Positions 36,616 through 42,031 of a DNA stretch of 42,031 nucleotides are shown in pieces. This stretch comes from Acidimicrobiia bacterium (GTDB lineage Bacteria > Actinomycetota > Acidimicrobiia > Spongiisociales > JAHEDJ01). Within the stretch, counting starts at the first letter, position 1. Every line of letters starts with the position of its first letter. The DNA lies in contig JARGFH010000034.1 in the NCBI GenBank assembly GCA_029210695.1, forward strand, positions 1 through 42,031, given 5' to 3'. The translations under genes were made by a program, and so were the position numbers. A model generated the notes under the pieces. That model saw only the letters and a program-made list of their open reading frames with translations, was not told where the DNA came from and searched no databases.

Positions 36616-37932
36616 TTAGTCCTCGTAGTACTCGGAGCCGAGGTGGGTGATCAACTCCTCACCCATCCAATGGCGGAGGGTGTTCTTCAGCTTGATTTGC
36701 TGAATGAACAGGTCGTGCTCCGGGTAGAGGCCTTCCGCCACCTGAGGGCTCTTGTAGTAGAAGCTGAGCCATTCCTGGATTCCCGCCTTGCCTGCCCGCC
36801 TGGCCAGGTCCATATAGAGCGCCAGGTCGAGCACCAGGGGAGCGGCGAGGATCGAGTCACGGCACAGGAAATTCACCTTGATCTGCATGGGATAACCCAT
36901 CCACCCGAAGATGTCGATGTTGTCCCAGCCCTCTTTGTTGTCTCCGCGGGGCGGGTAATAGTTGATGCGAACCTTGTGGTAGAGGTCGCCGTAGAGGTCC
37001 GGGTACTGGTCGGGTTGGAAGATGTGCTCCAGTGCGCCCAGTTTTGAGACTTCCTTGCTGCGGAAGCTGCCGGGGTCGTCGAGGACCTCTCCGTCGCGAT
37101 TTCCGAGGATGTTGGTCGAGAACCAGCCGTCCACACCCAGCATGCGTGCCTTGAGGCCCGGCGCCAGGATCGTCTTGATCAGCGTCTGGCCGGTCTTGTA
37201 GTCCTTGCCGCTCACCGGCAATCCCTCGCGCAGCGCCAGTTCCAACAACGCAGGCGTGTCGACGGTGATGTTCGGCGCCCCGTTGGCATACGGCACACCC
37301 ATCGAGAGGGCTGCATATGCGTAGATCTGACTTGGAGCGATCTCCGGATCGTTCGTCTTCAAACCGTGTTCGAACGCTTCGAGGCTCTGATGAACGGCAC
37401 CCGGCTCGCGGTAGACCTCGGTGCTCCCGCACCACACCATCACCAACCGGTCGCAGGCGTTTTCGGTACGGAACCGGTCGATGTCGTCCATCAACTGCTG
37501 AGCCAGGTCGAGCTTGGTCTCGCCTTGCTTGACGTGCGTCCCGTCGAGCAGCCGCACGTACTCCCTGTCGAAGACGGCGGTCATCGGCTCGATCGCCTCG
37601 AGTTCGGCTCTGATCGGTTCGAGTTGACGGTCGTCCAGCACCCCGGCGGTGAGAGCGGCTTGATAGGCGTTTTCGGGGATCGGGTCCCAGCCGCCGAAGA
37701 CCAGGTCATCGAGGCCGGCCAGCGGGACGAAGTCCTTGATCAGCGGGTTGCGTTGCTCGGTGCGCTTGCCGAGTCGGATGCGTCCCGACTGCGTGAGTGA
37801 GCCGTGCAGCTGGGTGAGCTCCCTGCGGCCGGCCAACACTCCGGCGATGAAGGTGGTGGCCACTGCCCCCATTCCGGGGAGGAGGACGCCGAGCCTGCCT
37901 TCGGCCGGCTTGATTTCGAGTGGTGTGCTCAT
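36616..37932 (-). CDS. ino1: myo-Inositol-1-phosphate synthase
   Basis: GMGAVATT, WCGSTE, NGAPN, GKDYKTGQT, NILGNRDG and RDSILAAPLVLDL motifs. Confidence 0.95.
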   Translation of the reverse strand: MSTPLEIKPAEGRLGVLLPGMGAVATTFIAGVLAGRRELTQLHGSLTQSGRIRLGKRTEQRNPLIKDFVPLAGLDDLVFGGWDPIPENAYQAALTAGVLDDRQLEPIRAELEAIEPMTAVFDREYVRLLDGTHVKQGETKLDLAQQLMDDIDRFRTENACDRLVMVWCGSTEVYREPGAVHQSLEAFEHGLKTNDPEIAPSQIYAYAALSMGVPYANGAPNITVDTPALLELALREGLPVSGKDYKTGQTLIKTILAPGLKARMLGVDGWFSTNILGNRDGEVLDDPGSFRSKEVSKLGALEHIFQPDQYPDLYGDLYHKVRINYYPPRGDNKEGWDNIDIFGWMGYPMQIKVNFLCRDSILAAPLVLDLALYMDLARRAGKAGIQEWLSFYYKSPQVAEGLYPEHDLFIQQIKLKNTLRHWMGEELITHLGSEYYED

Positions 37933-38019
37933 GACGAGTGGATCCCTTGGGTTGAGATGGTCTCGTCAGCATATGGGTCAACCTGATCAGCGGACAAGTC
38001 AATGAAACCATTCAGACAC

Positions 38020-38034
38020 ATAAGGAATTCCTAT
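38020..38034. promoter_or_regulatory. LysR-type T-N11-A box
   Basis: Imperfect palindrome ATAAGGAATTCCTAT immediately before the LysR start. Confidence 0.6.
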
Positions 38035-38037
38035 ACA

Positions 38038-38910
38038 ATGACCGACATGGACGTCACCGCTCCTGAACTCAACATTCAGCTACGCCAGCTCGCCTATCTG
38101 GCCGAAGTCGCACGAGGTACCAGCTGGACCGATGCCGCCGATCGGCTCGGTATCAGTCAGCCGGCCCTGTCCCAGTCCATGCACGAGCTGGAACGCCGGC
38201 TCGGTGTCCGGCTGTTCGAGGCCGTTGGGCGGCGGCGGGTGCTCACCGCCGAAGGCAGACAGGCGGTGGCGTATGCCCGTGACGTCCTCAATACCACCGG
38301 GGATCTGCGGTCCGAACTCCACGCCACCGGAACGACGTTGCATGGTCGGCTCAGGGTCGGCATGATCGATGCCGCCAGCCTCTACGTGCTCCCCGACGCC
38401 ATCCATGCCTTCCGGAGCAGACACCCGGACGTGGACCTCGAGCTCACCGTCGCCCCCTCGACCCCACTTCTCGATGGACTTCGCATTCTCGAGCACGACG
38501 TTGTCTTCGTCACCGGGCCGGTGGATGAACAGGGACTCAGCTCAGAGGTGATCCGCCATGAGCCGCTCTATCTCTACGGACCGGATGACGGTGATCCCGC
38601 CACCGGTGACTGGGTGATGTATCCAAGGAGCAGCCGGACCAGGGGCGTCATCGATCGCTTCTTCGCCGACGCCGGGTGGACGCCGCACATCATTCTCGAA
38701 AGTGCCAATCCGGCAGTGCTTACTCAGATGGTCGGCCTCGGGTTCGGATGGGCCGTCCTTCCCGAGGCAGTGGCTGAAGGGGGAATCACTCCCCTCGAGA
38801 AATCCCGGCCCGGACCGGTCGCCCGGCGCCTGCTGGCCGCCGTCTGGCGAGCATCCGCCGCCGGCAACCCTCGCCTGGCGGCCTTCCTGGCGGTGGCGAC
38901 CGGAGCGTGA
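38038..38910 (+). CDS. LysR family transcriptional regulator
   Basis: LRQLAY...AADRLGISQPALSQSMHELERRLGVRLF and GRLRVG. The start could be 38038 or 38047. Confidence 0.93.
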   Translation: MTDMDVTAPELNIQLRQLAYLAEVARGTSWTDAADRLGISQPALSQSMHELERRLGVRLFEAVGRRRVLTAEGRQAVAYARDVLNTTGDLRSELHATGTTLHGRLRVGMIDAASLYVLPDAIHAFRSRHPDVDLELTVAPSTPLLDGLRILEHDVVFVTGPVDEQGLSSEVIRHEPLYLYGPDDGDPATGDWVMYPRSSRTRGVIDRFFADAGWTPHIILESANPAVLTQMVGLGFGWAVLPEAVAEGGITPLEKSRPGPVARRLLAAVWRASAAGNPRLAAFLAVATGA

Positions 38911-38928
38911 GGGCTGGTGCGGGGTCGG

Positions 38929-40491
38929 TCAGCCCGCATTCCGGATCAGCCCGAGAATCAATCCGTCGGTCAGCGCCTCCCACGAGGCTTCGATGACGTT
39001 CTCGTGCACTCCGATGGTTCCCCACAACGTCGTGTGATCGGACGTCTCCAAGAGGACGCGCACCGACGCCTCGGTGCCGTCTGATGAGTCGAGCACCCGG
39101 ACCCGGTAGTCCGTCAGCCGCAAGTCGGACACCTGCGGAAACCGTTCTCGCAGTGCGCTGCGGAGGGCCTGATCGAGCGCATGCACCGGCCCAACTCCCT
39201 CCCCGGTCGTCACGACCCGCTCACCATCCACGATCACCTTGACGGTGGCCTCCGCCACCACCTCTTCGTCGGCCCTGCGCTCGGTGAACACCCGGAATGA
39301 CTCCAGTTCGAAGTACTTCTGTTCCCAACCAGCCAGTTTTCTGACCAGTAGTTCGAATGATCCGTCGGCCGCCTCATAGTGGTAGCCCTGATGTTCCCGT
39401 TCCTTGACGACTTCGATCACCCGGGCGGCGAGCTCATCGTCCATTTCGAGGCCCAGTTCGGCTGCCTTCGAGGCGATCGAGGCCCTACCGGCCAGTTCCG
39501 AGACGACCATGCGACTGGCGTTACCCACCAGAGACGGGTTGATGTGCTCGTAGGCATCGGGCCGTCGGGCGAGGGCCGACGTGTGGAGCCCCGCTTTGTG
39601 AGTGAACGCCGATGTCCCGACGTACGGACGGTGGGGGTCGAGGGTGATGTTGACGACTTCGGCCACGTGATGGGAGATCGGACCGAGCATTTCGAGGCGG
39701 CCCTCCGGCAAGACCGCCATCCCTTCCTTGAGGATCAGATCGGGGATGAGCGTCGACAGGTCGGTGTTGCCGGTCCGTTCTCCGTATCCGTTGATGCAAC
39801 CCTGCACTTGCCTCACTCCGGCCCGGATGGCCGCCAGCGAAGACGCCACCGCAGTGCCGGCATCGTTGTGGAAGTGAACGCCGAGCTGAGCGTCCGGGAA
39901 GACCTGCTGAACGGCTGCAACGGTCTCGAGGATCTCGTGCGGCAGCGTTCCCCCGTTCGTGTCGCACAGCACCAGTCGTTCGGCGCCGGCGTCGAGCGCC
40001 ACCCGGAGGGTCGTGAGGGCAAAGTCCGGGTTGCCGTGGAACCCGTCGAAGAAGTGCTCGGCGTCGAAGAACACCCGGCGGTCGTGGTCACGCAGAAAGG
40101 CGACCGACTCCGCCACCATCCGGGCGCCTTCGTCGAGGTCGGTCCGGAGCGCCTCTCGAACGTGGTAGTCCCAGGACTTGCCGACGATGCAGATTGCTTC
40201 GGTTTCGGCGGCGAGCAAGGCGGCAAGCTGGGCGTCGTCCTCAACCGATCCGCGCGGGCGTCTGGTCGAACCAAAGGCCACGAGGGTCGCGGTTGTGAAG
40301 TTCAGCTCCGAACGGGCCCGTCGGAAGAACTCGTCGTCCTTCGGGTTGGCGCCCGGCCAGCCGCCTTCGACGTACTGCACCCCGAGATTGTCGAGCAGGC
40401 CGGCAATGCGCAGCTTGTCGCCGACGGTCAGCGAGATGCCCTCCTGCTGTGAACCGTCCCGCAGCGTCGTGTCGTAGATCTCGAGTGTCAT
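38929..40491 (-). CDS. cimA: Citramalate synthase
   Basis: YDTTLRDGSQQEG, EGGWPGANPKD, FDAEHFFDG, HFHND and GYGERTGN, plus the C-terminal regulatory domain. Confidence 0.93.
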   Translation of the reverse strand: MTLEIYDTTLRDGSQQEGISLTVGDKLRIAGLLDNLGVQYVEGGWPGANPKDDEFFRRARSELNFTTATLVAFGSTRRPRGSVEDDAQLAALLAAETEAICIVGKSWDYHVREALRTDLDEGARMVAESVAFLRDHDRRVFFDAEHFFDGFHGNPDFALTTLRVALDAGAERLVLCDTNGGTLPHEILETVAAVQQVFPDAQLGVHFHNDAGTAVASSLAAIRAGVRQVQGCINGYGERTGNTDLSTLIPDLILKEGMAVLPEGRLEMLGPISHHVAEVVNITLDPHRPYVGTSAFTHKAGLHTSALARRPDAYEHINPSLVGNASRMVVSELAGRASIASKAAELGLEMDDELAARVIEVVKEREHQGYHYEAADGSFELLVRKLAGWEQKYFELESFRVFTERRADEEVVAEATVKVIVDGERVVTTGEGVGPVHALDQALRSALRERFPQVSDLRLTDYRVRVLDSSDGTEASVRVLLETSDHTTLWGTIGVHENVIEASWEALTDGLILGLIRNAG

Positions 40492-40502
40492 GTTGGCTCC
40501 CA

Positions 40503-40534
40503 AATGAAAAACCCCTCGCGCTGGGCGAAGGGTT
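40503..40534 (-). terminator. Attenuator terminator hairpin upstream of cimA
   Basis: Minus strand AACCCTTCGC-CCAGC-GCGAGGGGTT followed by TTTCATTT. Confidence 0.8.
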
Positions 40535-40564
40535 GGTGGCGCATACCGATAGCAGGGTATGCGC

Positions 40565-40600
40565 TCAGTCGATAATGATGAAGGTGGCTGCAGCGGACAT
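40565..40600 (-). CDS. Ile-rich leader peptide MSAAATFIIID
   Basis: ATG TCC GCT GCA GCC ACC TTC ATC ATT ATC GAC TGA, located between the promoter and the hairpins upstream of cimA. Confidence 0.8.
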   Translation of the reverse strand: MSAAATFIIID

Positions 40601-40609
40601 GTGGTGGGC

Positions 40610-40638
40610 AGTATGACTGATGCCCGACGTGGAGTCAA
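40610..40638 (-). promoter_or_regulatory. Sigma70-type promoter for the cimA leader
   Basis: TTGACT-N17-CATACT on the minus strand. Confidence 0.7.
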
Positions 40639-41081
40639 TGCAATAGGGGATATCGGGGTCGCCCGAACGCGGACAGCCGGGACCCGCCGACGTCCGCATG
40701 GCAGCCAATCTGTCTCGTCCGACTGAATCTGTGCCTGTGGGATTTGTGCCTCAAGCGGTTGTGAGGGGTTGTCCTGCGCTGGATCGGTTCGGAGCAGACC
40801 GGAGAAGGCCTACCGACCCTCAGGCCGCCTTCATACTCATCGGATCGTCGAGGTGGAGAGCCCCGCTGCTTGGCTCGCCTACGCCGACATGTCCTGAAGG
40901 TCAGGGAAGCGTTGGGCTGAATGCACCGACGAACCCAGTACTCGAACCACTTGGGGGCCATCATCTGCTCGCCAAGCCGTTCGACGAGCTCTGCGACGGT
41001 TCGCGTCGGCGCTCGGCAGCCCCCGCCAGAACGGCGCGAATGCGCTCGGTAGTTCAGTTGACCATTGAGGTTGTAGCGTTG

Positions 41082-41103
41082 TTGTGGCATGATTGTGGCA
41101 TGA
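41082..41103 (+). promoter_or_regulatory. Tandem 11-bp direct repeat over the toxin-antitoxin promoter and start
   Basis: TTGTGGCATGA twice. It includes an extended -10-like TGgCATGAT 6 nt before the ATG. Confidence 0.55.
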
Positions 41104-41336
41104 CCAGAGTGAGAGTGAGTACCACGGTGGACGAGAGATTGCTCGAAGAGGCAAGACGCCTTCGAGCTGACGTCAACGACGCAGGGCTGATCGACGAAGC
41201 GCTCGCAGCGCTACTTGCACAACACAGGGCCGTCGAGATCGATGTGGCCTATAGCGCCTATGACGCTCAGCCGCTCGACCAACCCGACGAATGGGGTGAC
41301 CTGGCGTCTTTCCGTGAGGCCGCTGGGTCATCATGA
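41100..41336 (+). CDS. mazE: Type II antitoxin (MazE-like, mycobacterial MazE5 style)
   Basis: [15 protein letters not shown]...[13 protein letters not shown] overlap with the toxin. Confidence 0.8.
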   Translation: MTRVRVSTTVDERLLEEARRLRADVNDAGLIDEALAALLAQHRAVEIDVAYSAYDAQPLDQPDEWGDLASFREAAGSS

Positions 41337-41662
41337 AGGATCTGCCAAGTCGCGGAGACGTTTGGTGGTGCGAACTACCTCAGATCTCCCGCCGACCCGT
41401 CGTTGTCCTGTCGCGTGACGTAGCAATACCGCGGCTCCGCCGAACGGTGATCGCTCCGTGTACGACCAACATCAGGGGCCTCCCCAGCGAGGTCGTGCTC
41501 GAACCAGAAGGCGATCCGATCCCTCGAACGTCGGCGGTGAATCTGGATTCGATCGAGAGCGTCTCGGTCGGAACGCTCACCGAGCGGCTGGGACGCCTGA
41601 GCGATGAGCGAATGCGCCAGGTATGCGAAGCGCTCAACGTCGCCGTCAATTGCTGCCCCTGA
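41333..41662 (+). CDS. mazF: PemK/MazF family toxin
   Basis: [19 protein letters not shown] and ERLGRLS motifs. Confidence 0.92.
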   Translation: MKDLPSRGDVWWCELPQISRRPVVVLSRDVAIPRLRRTVIAPCTTNIRGLPSEVVLEPEGDPIPRTSAVNLDSIESVSVGTLTERLGRLSDERMRQVCEALNVAVNCCP

Positions 41663-41954
41663 ACGTTGTCGAATCCTCACGAGATCACCAAACCCTGGAC
41701 AAGAACGAGCACTTGGCGGAGCAACCCCGATCGGCACTTCAAAGGGCGGGTTCTCGGTTCTCGCGAGGTCTACTTGGTGATCGAATTGGACAGGGCTTCC
41801 AGTGGTGGTGGTGGTGGTCTCATCCCCGCGTCGGATCATTGAGCAGTAGCCCGATGAGAGTCCGGTGGCTTTCATCCTGGTGTTGAAATGCTGTTGGGTG
41901 TGCCATCGTTGGGAGCACATACACGAGGCAAGCCGGACTCAGTCGCTGTCCCGT

Positions 41955-42031
41955 TGTCAAGGGCCATCTTGATGTCCTCGCTGGTGGCCATCGGCGGTCC
42001 TCGCTGGTGGCCAAGAAAGGTCCTTGTGTTT
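41955..42031. mobile_element. IS21-family terminal region, truncated by the window edge
   Basis: Begins TGTCAAGGGCCA, followed by GTCCTCGCTGGTGGCCA at 41974-41990 and 41997-42013 (23-nt period). Multiple subterminal repeats are typical of IS21 ends. Confidence 0.65.

Noticed and set aside
40635..41090. 151-aa minus-strand ORF, and the 41375-41920 ORF
   Set aside because: No recognisable family or RBS, and 41375-41920 overlaps mazF. At most these are gene relics that I cannot support.

Overview
High-GC (roughly 65%) window, most consistent with an actinobacterium of class Acidimicrobiia (inferred from protein style and gene order). It is bounded by IS ends at both edges: an IS481-like end on the left and an IS21-like end on the right. 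About two-thirds is one respiratory supercluster. (1) A minus-strand operon encodes a cbb3/CcoN-like subunit I that has lost all six metal-ligand histidines, a CcoO-like cytochrome with His in place of the usual Met ligand, and a monohaem cytochrome c. (2) A divergent operon encodes a split, b6-type Rieske/cytochrome b complex with the haem ci Cys, a 2x[4Fe-4S] ferredoxin, subunit IV, a Rieske protein and a dihaem cytochrome c. (3) These are followed by rex with a self-operator, a MenJ-like reductase, a DMT transporter and a complete nuoA-N. The most striking unexplained signal is a roughly 30-aa helical module (core LxxRSxxARAxAxGxxxxxVLAx[W/M]). It occurs once at the N-terminus of each of two cytochromes and at least five times, on Pro/Ala linkers, in subunit IV, which suggests a cytoplasmic docking or scaffold system linking the two operons. 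The remainder holds a bactofilin-like membrane protein, a WXG100-like/DcrB-like pair, a CstR-like/rhodanese/moaA cluster with operators, an aromatic amino acid decarboxylase, ino1 with a divergent LysR gene, cimA under an Ile-codon attenuator, and a mazEF-like toxin-antitoxin pair. Palindromic REP-like repeats occur, some translated into the NuoG and NuoI tails. There is a 95-N assembly gap at 6206-6300. Starts were adjusted from the ORF track using RBS and overlap evidence. No database searches were run.
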